From Heptranchias perlo (taxonomy: Eukaryota), in assembly GCF_035084215.1 (NCBI RefSeq), contig NC_090327.1:86986001-87050000 (forward strand): a stretch of 64,000 bases of DNA, read 5' to 3'. Below, piece by piece: positions 51,568 through 64,000 of this stretch (position 1 is its first letter; the number at the start of each line of letters is the position of its first letter). The notes beneath the pieces are model-generated. The model had not been told where the DNA came from and did no database searches. It was given only the letters and a program-made list of their open reading frames with translations. Position numbers and translations under genes: made by a program.

Positions 51568-52134
51568 CACGATGGGAGACATGGCAACTAATAGAGTCAG
51601 ACCAACCTGTGATGGAACATTTGGCCTCAAGAGTTTGGAAAGGGTAACTGAATCCAATATGAATTTATCCACCACTGAATCCAGTAATTGTTTATCTATG
51701 ATTGCTTACTTTAGGAATAACACTACCTTTCTTTCCGTATCTACACATGAGCAATACATTTGACTGTGGCGTATCATCTCTGGGATAGCCTTCTAATATA
51801 TATTTTTACGCTCCACAGAAGAGCAAACTGCAGAGAACTCCTGCACTACACACAGCACCAGAAGTCACATACACTTGCATCAGTACTGCACCAAACAAGA
51901 GTATAGAGACTTACCCACCTCGATCTGGACAACTTGGTGAATTATCAGCACATTACGAATGAGCACTCACCAAACATGAAGGATGTATTACTCCCATTGG
52001 TTGAGGTGGAGAGGTCTCAGGTGGCCTAAACCAATATCCATCAGAAGGGCAATGAGGTACTGAGTTCAGTGGGATGCCTTCTCATTATGGCCACCATGCA
52101 CATTACAGTGGAGGATAGAGAGATGGAGAAAAAA

Positions 52135-52500
52135 ATACTTATATTTTTATGTAATTTATCATATTTTTCAGTAATGGCCCCAAGTGCTTCATGTACAATG
52201 AATTGCTTTTAAAGTGCAATGACTGTTGTTGTGTAGGCAGGTCCGGTAGCTATTTTGTGTAAAGCAAAATACCCATAACAGCAATGAGGTAAATGGCCAG
52301 CTAATCTGTTCTCAGTTGGTTGAGGAAGAAATGTTGTCCAGAGTAGTGGGAGAGTTCCCTGCTCTTCTCTGAATAGTGTAATATGTTCTTTAACATCCAC
52401 CTGAATAGGCATACAGGACATCAATTTCACACCTCATCCAAAGGACAGCATCTCTGACAATGTATTACATTGGAAAGTCATCCTGGATTATGTGCTGAAA
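52135..52500 (-). mobile_element. Deu-domain SINE
   Basis: Colinear with 5525-6190 (TCCCTGCTCTTC..CTTTAACATCCACCTGA..GGACAGCATCTCTGACAATG). Confidence 0.6.
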
Positions 52501-54229
52501 TCTATCTCCGACGTGCATAATGTCCTGGACCAAAATAGTTGCAATACAGTCCATCATGCGGGAAATTGTATCAAACAACTGACTGTAATACATCCTCCCT
52601 GACCCAGGGACTAAGCAACATAGGAACATTGCTCCAGAATGCGTTGACGCACATTCGGTCTACTATCTAAGGAGCTACGAATTCAGGATTTGGTATTCTT
52701 AGAGACAGGATGGAATTAATCATGAAAGAAGATTTCTCTGATTTTATAGATGTACACTGTTTTACCCAGATAGATCAGCCATACGCAGATGCTGACCATC
52801 AGTGGTGTAAGCAGGACACCACTCCAAAGGTAATACATTGGAACTTAGGTTAGCAGCCTATCACTGATGTCAGAGAACCCTAATCACATACATTTAATCA
52901 CTTCATGGTGACTGTTAGAGGCAATCTGTCACTGACCCCTCCACCAACCCCTTAAACCAAATTGTCCAGTCAGACAAAACCCTTTTCATTAGTGGTATTG
53001 CTATCAGAGAGCTGCACAGAGTGTACTTTCACAGATATATAGAGACAAGTGAGAAGAAATATGTGGGAGACATGGGGGAAGACCAATATCTACAGACTGT
53101 AGACATGCTTAGCACACATTCAAAGAAGTAAATAAATTGTTTTAAATAATTATATTTTCGTCTGACCCTCTGTTATATGAACTTTGGACTAGGTATAGAG
53201 ACAACAGTAAGGTTAAATAATAGAGATGGATGTTGGCATAACAAAGGGAGAAAGACAACCTGTCTTATTACAAATAATTAATTTTATCCTTCTAATGTTT
53301 CTTCTAGTTACAAGGTTGATAAAATGGGTCAGTGACCTGGTAACTGGTGAGTGATATTTATGGTGAAAGGGAAATTGTGGCAGGAAGGAAGGACTCCGGT
53401 CTACAAAAACTCATCACTGAGTATCCTAGAGGGGGAGTCGGCCACATGGTGGGCAAACTTCTTTACCAAACACCTCACACAAGGACCTGGATTAACCTGT
53501 TGTTGATGTAAGCCTGGTATTTGGTATTGGACTTAGATATGTTGACATGTCAGGAGATGTCCTTTCACCATAATGAAGGCAGAGATTGGTTATATATTGG
53601 GTGAGAAATCTCTGAGATTTGAGATAATTGCTGCTGGAAGAGGTTACCTGGAGGCTGATGAAGCCATTTGATGGGGTATGAGATGCCTCATTGTAGTGGC
53701 TTGGTGGTCCCTAACCTGTGATCAGGCGGATGTTGTCAATGCACTCACACATTTTATGGTGAACTGTGCTGCTTTCCATGTTGCTTGTGACGAACTCCGA
53801 GTACCTACTCCACCCAGTGAGGTCTCAAATCTGCACACGACAGTGTCCAATGACAATCATTCTTGGGAGAGTGGGAGTGTTGGGGGGTGGTGGGGAGGGG
53901 GGGTGCACAAGGTAACACATCTGACAGTGGAAGTTTGAAACAATGTCAGCTGTCTGTGGCAGACTCTGTCATCTGATACCTGAGACAGGCAGGCTCAGGG
54001 TGCTGCTGATGGTTGACCAGCATCCCTGGTTCACTAATGAAACCTGGAAGGCTGGGATTCTTCTCACTCAGCTCCAGATAAGACTACAAAACAATACATA
54101 ATAGGTAGGGTGATTCTGGTTGGACAAGCAATAGCAAATTTACCAACATTCTGTGTTAGTAGGCTGTGAAGTTTTAGCTGATCAAACACCATCAGTACCA
54201 TTGTACATATTTGGGCATCCCTACTCCTC

Positions 54230-56065
54230 GGCTCTTGTCAACAGCTATAGTGGAGTCGTAGCCTTCACGACCGATTCACACCTTAGCTTCTTTCCTTCAC
54301 TTTTCTGGCACCTTCTCCTCCTTTAAGCAGTCACTCTGTTCCATCTCTTCTACATCCCATTTAAATCTTTGTCATGTCCCATCCTCCCAAGCCGAATGCC
54401 AACTTCTTCACTGAGATGTTCTCTCTTCTCTCTTCCCTTAGCCTATGCGCTGTGTCTCCTTATCCTTGGTGACGTCCATCTTAACCCAAACACTACCTTA
54501 TTTTTCTCTCCTCCACATTTTCTGCCCTCCTATTTTCACTCAATCTCATCCTTCTCATAAACTTCCCCACACATATCTATGGTCACTCCCTCAAACTCAT
54601 CATCTTTTGTGGACTTTCTGACCCTAAGGTCTCAGTAGCCAGCAAGATTATTCCAAACTCTTCTTTGTTTCCTTCACAATCCACATTGGCTTACCTCTCC
54701 ACTTCTATTACCTTCACCATCTACATGTGGCAAACAATATCCTACACTTCTGTCACTACTTCAATCTCAAGATCCTAACTCTCCCTTCTATGGTTCTCCC
54801 TCCAGCAGAACATCTCTGCTGCTATGGACCTACTTAAGCTGTTAGAATGTCTTATCTGACATCAATTTACGAATGAGTCACAACTTCCTCCAATTGAACA
54901 TTGGGATGACTGAATCCATCATTTTCAGCCCCATTCCCTTGCCATTGATTCCATTCCCATTTGCTCAAGTTGCAACAGACCATACAAAATTTTGGCATCC
55001 TGTTTAGCCCTGGCCTGAGCATTAAAGCCCACATCATATCCATTACCTAGGACTGACTATTTCCACCGTTGCAACATTGCATAACTCTGCCCTACCTCTG
55101 CCATTGAAACTTTTATTCAAGCTTTTGTCACCTTTTGACTTGATGGCCTCGATATGAACCCCCCCTCGACGGGCAGAAGAGGATCGGGGGGCTTAAAAAT
55201 GGAAAAACGGAGAACGTGACCCCAACCCGCCGCTAACAAGCCTGCCACCATTTTTACGGTGGCGGGATTCGTGGTATGCAAGTGTCCCAGCGTGGCGAGG
55301 CGGGACACTTCATTAACATACTTAAATCAGGCTCCCACAGTGCAATTGGGAGCCTGATTTAAATTTAACAGTTGCCGCATGGATTTCCCAGGACTTGGGA
55401 AAGCCGGCAGTGAAAGGGAGACAGGAGCTGCTGGCTCAAGAAGGTAAATGCCTTTTACAGCACTCCTTGTGGGCTAGGATGAGCAACTGTCCCCAAGGGT
55501 CCCTGGCTGTGGCCTCCTGCCGCTGATTTTCCCATCCTGGTAGCTGGCCAGTCTGCCAATCTGGCCAGCAGGAAACGGATGAAAGAAATTAAAATGAGTC
55601 CTGCCGAACTCCGCGTCCCCAGCCTCAACGTGTTCCCCGGCTGTTTTCGCCTTCCCCTACAACCTGTCCGTAAATATCAGGGCCGATTAGTCCAAAGCCT
55701 CCTTTCTGGCTTCCTATCATTCACCTCCGTAAACTCCAGCTTATCCAAAATGCAGCCTGAGTAACCTGTCCTGCATTAAGTCCTATTCACCCAACATCTC
55801 AAACCTAGCTGACCTAACTCACTGTCCCCTAACGTTAAAATTTAATCTCCTTGCCCTGATCTTCAAATGCCTCCTTCCCTAAAGCCCTTTGCCTCTCCAC
55901 CTCTCCCTCCTCTCTTAAAAGCTTTCTCCAGGATTTTAACCAGGATTCACTCCCCCCCCCAGCTCCAAACTTTCCCTCCATGGCTTGCCATCTGTTTCCC
56001 TATCTTTTTCTACTTGTTAAGTTTCTTGGAATGTTTTGTAGGTTGAAAGCGCAGTATAAATGAAA
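54230..56065 (+). mobile_element. Old degenerate L2 interrupted by a MITE
   Basis: CLLILGDVHLN (EN GDFN-like), plus L2 RT and 3' remnants. The sequence rejoins across the MITE as CTTGAT|TAGTCCAA. Confidence 0.6.
55145..55684. mobile_element. Non-autonomous Harbinger-type DNA transposon (540 bp)
   Basis: Imperfect TIRs GGCCTCGATAT / ATATCAGGGCC and a 3-bp TSD GAT at 55142-44 and 55685-87; CpG-rich. Confidence 0.8.
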
Positions 56066-56386
56066 GAGAAGTAGCAGCTAATCTCATATGAGGAGAGAGT
56101 GTGTACTCCATGTTGAGCAGAAACAAATTTTCCTGTGTAGATTTTGCAGAGCGCAGTTCTGACACTCTTAAACACGGTGATGGGTTTCTGCACATGTCAG
56201 ACATCCTGCTGACTAAAAAACATAGGTATTCAGAATCTGCAGCGTGGCTAAAATGAACCCAGTAATGTCAATAATTGCTTTCATGACAGCTTCAGCAAAC
56301 CGTTGCTGTTCTTTGAAACGCACGTTGGTTCCTGGGAACCATTATCAACGGAAAATGAATGTTTTGTTGTGTGGCTTTGTTTTCTC

Positions 56387-57845
56387 CATAGAAACATAGG
56401 AACAGGAGTAGGCCATTCAGCCCCTCACGCCTATTCCCCCATTCAATTAGATCATGGCTGATCTATATCTTGATTCCATTTACCCATCTTGGTTCCATAT
56501 CCCTTAATACCCTTACCTAACATAAATCTATCAGTCTGAGATTTGAAATTTTCAATTGACCTAGCCTCAATAGCTTTTTGGGGAAAAATTCAAGATTTCC
56601 ACCACCTCTTGTGTGAAGAAGTGCTTCCTGACATCACCCTTGAATGGCTAGCTCTAGTTTTAAGGTTATGCTTGTTCTGGACTCCCCCACCCGAAGAAAT
56701 AGTTTCTCTCTACCCACCCTATCATCTCCTTTAATCATCTTAAACACCTCAATGAGATCACCCCCTAATCTTCTATACTCATGGAATACAAGCCTAGTCT
56801 ATGCAACCTGTCCTCATAATTTAATCTCTTTAACCCCAGTATCATTCAGGTGAATCTGCTCTGCACCACCTCCAAGGCCAATATATCCTTCCTGAGGTGC
56901 AGTGCCCAGAACTGAACGCAGTACTCCAGATGCAGTCTAACCAGAGCTTTATACAACTGTAGTATAACTTCCACCCCTTTATATTCCAGCCCCCTTGAGA
57001 TAAAGGCTAACATTCCATTAGCATTTTAAATTATTTCTGTACTTGTCCACTAGTTTTTGGTGATTTCTGTACATGGACCCCTAAACCTCTTTGCACCTCC
57101 ACAGTTCCTAACTTCTCATCATTTAGAAAATACTTTGATCTCTCTTTCTTAGGTCCAAAGTAGATGACCTCACATTTCCCCACATTTACTCCATCTGCCA
57201 CAGTTTTGCCCACTCACTTAACCTACCAATGCACCTTTGCAACTTTCTGCTCCCATCTGCACTACTTACTGTGGCACCTAACGTAGTGTCATCAGCAAAC
57301 TTGGTTATAAGGCTCTCTATTCCTTCATCTAAGTCATTTATAAATATAGTGAAAAGCTAAGGCCCCAGTACAGATCCCTGGGGGACATCACTAGTCACAT
57401 CCTACCAATTGGAGTACATACCCATTATCCCTATTCCCTGTTTCCTACCTCCTAACCAATTTCCTGCCCATGTCAATAGGCTGCCTCCAATTCCACGCAC
57501 TTCCATTTTTCCTAACAGCCTCTTGTATAGAACCTTATCGCATGCCTTCTGGAAGTCCATATAAATAACATTCATAGACACTCCCTTATCTACCACATTA
57601 GTGATCTCCTCAAAAAATTAATATAGGTCAGTTAGACATGACTTATCCGTTACAAGTCCATGCTGGCTCTCTCTGATCAGTTCATGTTTGTCCAAGAGCT
57701 CAGTCACTCTGTCCCTAATGTCAGATTCTAATAACTTCCCCACAACTGTCTTTAGACTAATAGATCTTTCATTTCCTGGTTTCTCTCTCCCACCCTTCTT
57801 AAATAATGGAGTGACAATGGAAATTTTCCAATCCAAGGAGACAAA
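56387..57845 (-). mobile_element. CR1 3' half, decayed
   Basis: ORFs 57618-57857 (VTPLFKKGGREKPGN) and 57402-57596 (YMDFQKACDKV); CATAGAAACATAGGAACAGG tail. Confidence 0.88.
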
Positions 57846-58254
57846 TCCTGGTCTCAAGATGTTACTAGCAAAATTACTGAAATCCTGAAACTCACCTCCT
57901 CACTTATTTTCATTACATGTTTATGTCAAAATTGCTTTTGCTCTCGATACAGCCTATGGGTTTATCAGGATGCTACTGTTAAAATAGTCATAACTGATTT
58001 TTTTCAAAGCATTAAGCTATAATAAAACCATTATAGTTCTGGGACATCTGACAGATATTTCCACAGAAGTATTGTTTTAGAAAAGGCAGTTTTTGCCTAA
58101 AATGTACATGCTTATCTCCTACTTGTTCCACAGTTGGAGTTTGTCATTAACTACTTTTATCCACATTCATCAAATTGCAGTGGTTAAAGTGCAATTTATC
58201 AAGAACGGCTATTCACCACTCCTTTGCTGCTTGTGTATCTTTGACCTCACTGCT

Positions 58255-59097
58255 CCAATGACAGGCTGGTGGAATGGTCGGACACTTGGCAGATGAAATT
58301 TAACGCAGAGAAGTGTGAAGTGATACATTTTGACAGGAAGAATGAGGAGAGGCAATATAAATTAAATGGTACAATTTTAAAGGGGGTGTAGGAACAGAGA
58401 GACCTGGGGTATATGTGCACAAGTCTTTGACGGTGACAGGCCAGGATGAGAAAGCAGTTTAAAAAATGTACAGAATCCTGGGCTTTATAAATAGAGGCAT
58501 AGGGGACAAAATCAAGGAAGTTATGTTGAACTTTTATGAAACACTGGTTCGGCCACAACTGGAGTATTGTGTCCAATTCTGGGCACCGCACTTTAGGAAG
58601 GATGTGAAGGCCTTAGAGAGGGTGCAGAAGAGATTTACTAGAATGGTTCTAGGGTTGAGGTTCTTCAGTTACGTGGATAGACTGGAGAAATTGGGGTTGT
58701 TTTCCTTAGAGCAGAGAAGGTTAAGAAGAGATTTAGATTTAGATTTAGATAAAGTAAAGAGAAACTGTTTCCGTTGGCGGAAGGGTCAATAACCAGAGGA
58801 CACAGATTTAAGGTGATTGGCAAAAGAACCAAAGGTGACATGAGGATAAACTTTTTTACGCAGCGAGTAGTTATGATCTGGAATACGCTGTCTGAAAGGG
58901 TGGTGGAAGCAGATTCAACTGTGACTTTCAAAAAGGAATTGGATAAATACTTTAAGGGAATACAATTTGTAGGGCTAAGGGGAAAGAGCGGGGGAATGGG
59001 ACTAACTGGATTGCTCTTTCAAAGAGCCGGCACGGGCTCGATGGGCCGAATGGCATACTTCTGTGCTGTAACCATTCTATGAATCTATGATTCTATG
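58255..59097 (+). mobile_element. CR1 3' fragment
   Basis: ORFs 58466-58792 and 58774-59082; (TTCTATGA)n tail. Confidence 0.9.
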
Positions 59098-60271
59098 GTT
59101 GACCCTGAACAGAAGTGTAACATTTGCAATCCTCCAGTCCTCTGGCACCATCCCCATATCTGAGGATTGAAAGATCAGAACCTCCACAATTTCCACCCTT
59201 ACTTCCCTCAGTAACCTAGGATGCATCCCATCTGGACTGGGTGACTTTTCTACTGTAAGTACTGCCAATCTTTTAAGTATCTCCTCTTTATCTATTTTTA
59301 ACCTATACAATATCGCTACTACCTCCTCCCTTACTGCTACAATGGCAGCATCCTCTTTTCTAGTGAAGGTGGATGCAAAGTATTCATTTAGTGCCTCAGC
59401 CATGCCCTCTGCCTCCACAAGAAGATCTAGTTTTTTGTCCCTAATTGGCCCCATGCTTCGTTTTACTACCCTTTTACTATTTATATGTTTATAAAAGACT
59501 TTTGGGTTCTCTTTTATGTTAGCAGAGTTATGTTAGCATTAGTTTATGTATTCATCCTGGTTCTCTACTGTATTATGAACCTTACATTCATCATTAGCCT
59601 CCTTTTCCTGTTTTATTTTAATCTCTATATCTTTAGTTATCCAGGGAGCTTTAGCTTTGGATGCCTTTCCTTTCCCCCTCGTAGGGATGTGTCTATTCTG
59701 TACACAAACCATCTCCTCCTTGAAGGCCTTCCATTGTTCAATTACTTTTTTGCCTACAAATTTTTAATTCCAATTCACCTGGGCAAAATCCCTTTATATC
59801 TCACTCCAGTTAAGCATTTTCACATTTGATTATTCCTTGTCCTTTTCCAAAACTATTCTAAACCTAATGATATTATGATCACTGTTTCCCAAATGCTCCC
59901 CCACTGAAACATGCTCCACCTGTCCCACTTCATTCCCCAGAACTAGATCCAGCACTGTTTCCTTCCTGGTTGGGCTGGAAACACACGGTTAAAGAAAGTT
60001 CTCTCGAATACATTTCAGGAATTCCTCCCCCTCTTTGCCCTTTACACTGTTACTGTCCCAGCCTATATTGGGATAAGTGAAATCCCCATTATCACTACTC
60101 TATAGTTCTTGCATCTCTCTATAATTTGCCTGAAAATGTTCTCCTCTATCTCCTTCCCACTATTTGGTGGCCGATAGTATACACCCAGTAGCGTAATAGC
60201 CCTCTATTGTTCATTACTTCTAAACAAATAGATTCTGTCTTGGATCCCAAAACTACATCACCCCCTTTTTT

Positions 60272-61200
60272 GAAAGGTTTCAGCACGGAAGGAGGCCATT
60301 CGGCCCATCGAGTCCATGCCAGCTCTATGCAACAGCAATCCAGCTAGTCCCACTCCCTTGTTCTATCCCCATAGCCCTGCATTTTTTTTCCTTTCAAGTA
60401 CTTATCCAGTTCTCTTTTGAAGGCCATGATTGAATCTGCCTCCACCACCCCCTCAGGCAGTGCATTCCAGATCCCAACCATTCGCTGTGTAAAAAAGTTT
60501 TTCCTCATGTCACCTTTGGTTCTTTTGCCAATCATCTTAAATCTATGTCCTCTGGTTCTTGACCCTTCCACCAACGGGAACAGTTTCTCTCTATCTACTC
60601 TATCTAGACCCTTCACGATTTTAAATACCTCTATTAAATCTCCTCGCAACCATCTCTGTTCCAAGGAGAACAACCCCAGCTTCTCCAGTCTATCCACGTA
60701 ACTGAAATCCCTCATCCCTGGAATTATTCTAGTAAATCTCTTCTGCACACATCTTTCCTAAGGTGCGATGCCCAGAACAGGTCACAATACTCCAATTGTG
60801 GCCGAACGAGTGTTTTATAAAGATTCATCATGACATCCATACTTCTGTATTCTATGCCTCTATTTATAAAGCCCAGGATCCCGTATGCTTTTTTAACCTC
60901 TTTCTCAACCTGCCCTGCCACCTTCAACGATTTGTGCACATAAACCCCCAGATCTCTCTGTTCCTATACCTTTTTTAGAGTTGTGCCCTCTGGTTTATAT
61001 TGCCTCTCCTTGTTCTTCCTACCGAAATGTATTATTTTGTATTTTTCTGCGTTAAATTTCATCTGCCATGTGTCCGCCCATGCCACCAGCCTGTCTATAT
61101 CCTCTTGAAATCTATCACTATCCTCCTCACTGTTTACTACCCTTCCAAGTTTTGTGCCATCTGCAAATTTTGAATTTGTGCCCTGTACACCCAAGTCCAG
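60272..61200 (-). mobile_element. Nested CR1 3' fragment
   Basis: ORFs 60964-61200 (SKFADGTKLG), 60724-60939 and 60344-60748 interrupt the EN of the surrounding CR1. Confidence 0.85.
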
Positions 61201-61371
61201 TACTATAATAATTTCTTTGATCAATACTGCCACTCCCTCCTTTCTTTCCTTCCCTATCTTTCCTGAACACCTTGCAGCCAGGAATATTAAGTAGCCAATC
61301 CTCCCCGTCTTTGAGCCAGGTCTCCGTTATTGCCACTATATCATAGTCCCATTTGGTGACTTGAGCCTGCA

Positions 61372-61389
61372 TTAGGGTTAGGGTTAGGG
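61372..61389 (+). repeat. Interstitial telomeric repeat (TTAGGG)3
   Basis: GCCTGCA-TTAGGGTTAGGGTTAGGG-TCACCAACC. Confidence 0.85.
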
Positions 61390-63059
61390 TCACCAACCTT
61401 ATTTATCACGCTATGTGCATTTACGCAAATACACTCCAATCTCATTTTAGACTGCCTCACATTTGCCTCCCTCCTATTTCTGAACTATTCTTTACTCTAG
61501 TGGTACTTGTTCCTCCCAGCCCTCTGTGCACCTTGTTTCTCCTCTCTAATGTTTCATCCTGGTGCCCATCCCCCCGCCAAATTAGTTTAAATCCTCCCCC
61601 ACAGCACTAGTTAATCTGTCCGCGAGGACATCGGTCCCAGTTCTGTTGAGGTGCAGCCTATCCATCCTGCCCCAGAACTGGTCCCAATGTCCCAGGAATC
61701 TGAAGCCCTCCCTCCTGCACCATTGCTGTAGCCACGCACTAACCAATCTTATCCTACTATTCCTATACTCACTAATGTGTGGCACTGGGAGTAATCCAGA
61801 GATTACTACCTTTGAGGACCTGCTTTTTAACTTCCTCCCTAGTTCCTGAAACTCTGACTGCAGGATCTCAAGCCTTTTCCTTCCTATGTCATTGGTTCCA
61901 CATGGACCATAACTTCTGGCTGTTCCCCTTCTCCCCTCAAAATGTTCTGCACCCTCTCAGTGATGTCCTTTACCGTGGCACCAGGGAGGCAACACACCAT
62001 GTGGGTCTCACATTGGCGGTTGCAGAAATGCCTGTCTATCCCCCCAGACTACCGAATCCCCTTTAACAACTGCATTTCTTTTGCTCCCCACTGTGCAGCC
62101 GAGTCTCCCATGGTGCTGTGGATTTGCTCCTAACTGCATCCCCCCGAGGTGTCAACACCCTCACTGGTATTCAACACTGAATACCAGTTTGTGAGTGCCA
62201 CAGTCCCAGGGAACTCCTGCATCACCTGCCTGTTCCTTCTAGTCTGCCTGGTGATCACCCACTCCCTGTCGGCCTGAACGCTCTGTAGCTGCAGGGTGAC
62301 CACCTCCTGGAACGTGCGAGCCAGGAAACTCTCAGCTTTCCGTATGCATTGCAATGACGCCAGCCACCCCTCAAGCTCAGAAACTCTGAGCTCGAGCTCG
62401 AGCAGTTGGCGGCACTTCCTGCACATGTGATTTTCCAGGTTGCACAAAGTGTTCTGGAGTTCCCACATGGCACAGGATGTGCATGCGACAGACCCCAGCT
62501 GTCCTGTCATGTTAGTTAACAGTTATTTAAACTGTTTGATTAGCTTTAAGACACTTTACTGTTTAATTGACACTAAAACACTAACCACTAAAAAACACTA
62601 AACACAATATCCACTAAAAACACTTACCAATAACTAAATACTTACACTGACCTACTCTTGGTGCTAAAGGATATTATGCTCTTAATACTTAAGATAAATG
62701 ATAAATTAAACAATTAGGACTAATTCTTTGGCTTCGCCGCTGCTCGCTCGGTGCTTACTATGATGTCACTTTTTGAGTTTTCCCCTGTTTGTTTTCTCTC
62801 TGGGTTAGGGGCTGGGTCTCCTGATTGGCTCTGCTACTGCTCTCGGGCTCGGTTTAAATCTGCTGCTATGGGCCTCCCCATATATGGCATGAAGTTTGAA
62901 GAACCAGGAATAAAGCAGGTGAAAACAAAATTTCTTAATCTCACAAAAGCCAAAAGCAAACTTTGGAAATCTCTTGAGAAAATCAAAACCAGTTCTATAA
63001 GTACCAATGAGACAAGAACCAAAATAGCATCCCGGGCCGTCCTGACCCATTTGAACCCT

Positions 63060-63460
63060 TATCAACTTGATCGGCACCCCATCCACCAGCTTAAATATCC
63101 ACTCCCTCGACCATTGGCATGCCATAGCAACAGTGTGTACTATTCATAGGATGCACTGCAGCAACTCGCCAAGGCTTCTTCACAGTGTCTCCCGAACCTG
63201 CGACTTCCACCACCTAGAAGGACAAGGGTGTATGGGAACACCATCATCTCCAACCCGACCTAGACATATATCGCCATTCCGTCATTGTCGCTGGGTCACA
63301 ATCCTGGAACTCTCTACCTAACAGCATTGTGGGAGCACCTTCATCACATGGACTGCAACGATTTTAGAAGAAGGCTCACCACCATCTTCTCAAAGGCATG
63401 TAGGGATGGATAATAAATGTCGGCCTTGCCAGCGACACCCATATGCTGAGAATGATTTTT
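63060..63460 (+). mobile_element. HER1-type LINE 3' end (partner of the HE1 SINE)
   Basis: AGGATGCACTGCAGCAACTCGCCAAGG..TCCTGGAACTC..AACAGCATTGTGGGAGCACC..TAAATGTCGGCCTTGCCAGCGAC; the 3' end is shared with the SINE at 16412-16895. Confidence 0.75.
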
Positions 63461-63567
63461 TTAAAATGTCATTTCTAATTATTTTTTATTATCTCTCATT
63501 TAATGAAATTCAAATTTCAGCAAATTACCAAGGATGGCTTTGTATATTTTTATTTCATTTTATTCGT

Positions 63568-64000
63568 AAGAACATAGGAACAGGAGTAGGCCATTTAGCC
63601 CCTCAAGCCTGTTCTGCCATTCAATAAGATCATGGTTGATCTGTGACCTTACTCCATATATCAGCCTTAACCCCATATCCCTTAATAGCTTTGGTTAACA
63701 AAACTCTATTAATCTCAGATTTAAAATTAACAATTGAGCTAGTATCAACTGCCTTTTACGGAAGAGAGTTCCAAACTTCTACCACCCTTTGCGTGTAGAA
63801 GTGTTTCCTAACTTCACTCCTGAAAGTACTGGGTCTAGCTTTTAGGTTATATCCTATAGTCCCAGACTCCCCAACCAGCAGAAATAGTTTCTCTCTATCT
63901 ACCATATCAGTTCCCCTTAATACCTTAAACATTTCGATCATATCACCCCATAATTTTCTAAATTCCAGGGAATACAACCCGAGTTTGTGTCATCTCTCCT
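63568..64000 (-). mobile_element. CR1 3' fragment running off the window
   Basis: ORF 63756-63977 (YSLEFRKL..FYTQRVVEVWNSLP); AAGAACATAGGAACAGG tail. Confidence 0.88.

Larger units (their letters stand above)
59098..62780 (-). mobile_element. CR1 with 5' UTR, ORF1 (zinc finger/leucine zipper plus esterase), EN and RT start; 3' part missing; a second CR1 is nested inside
   Basis: ORF1 at 62130-62510 (CTSC..CRKC, LELELRVSELE) and 61582-61785. EN at 61201-61430 continues leftwards from ~60270 (..TESICLE..LLGVYYRPP). RT start at 59077-59454 (KSPSPDGMHPRLL). Confidence 0.88.

Noticed and set aside
53300-54050. Possible fourth Harbinger remnant
   Set aside because: Composition is suggestive, but I could not recover a convincing transposase or Myb motif.
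58729-58750. (AGATTT)n run inside CR1
   Set aside because: Slippage filler at a small deletion, seeded by the native AGATTT; not telomeric.

Overview
This is AT-rich vertebrate non-coding DNA, almost certainly from a cartilaginous fish (shark), judging by its repeats: HE1-type SINE, HER1-type LINE end, Deu-domain SINEs and abundant CR1 and L2 LINEs. I found no intact host protein-coding gene that I can recognise. Roughly half the window is decayed mobile DNA: about 11 CR1 segments, several L2 fragments, one decayed L1-clade element, three decayed PIF/Harbinger transposons and several foldback MITEs. Four observations stand out. (1) Three ~200-230 bp Penelope-type foldback insertions have 12-15 bp target-site duplications and carry minimal type I hammerhead ribozyme motifs; one is a perfect 95-bp inverted repeat with a hammerhead on each strand. 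A fourth hammerhead belongs to a different Penelope-like family. (2) A histone H2B pseudogene appears to lie inside a Harbinger transposon, head-to-head with its Myb/SANT ORF. (3) A clean (TTAGGG)3 telomeric insertion sits inside a CR1 endonuclease ORF. (4) A Meis + Pbx-Hox composite motif lies in repeat-poor sequence. Family names come from motif recognition, not database searches, and repeat boundaries are approximate unless TSDs or TIRs are quoted.
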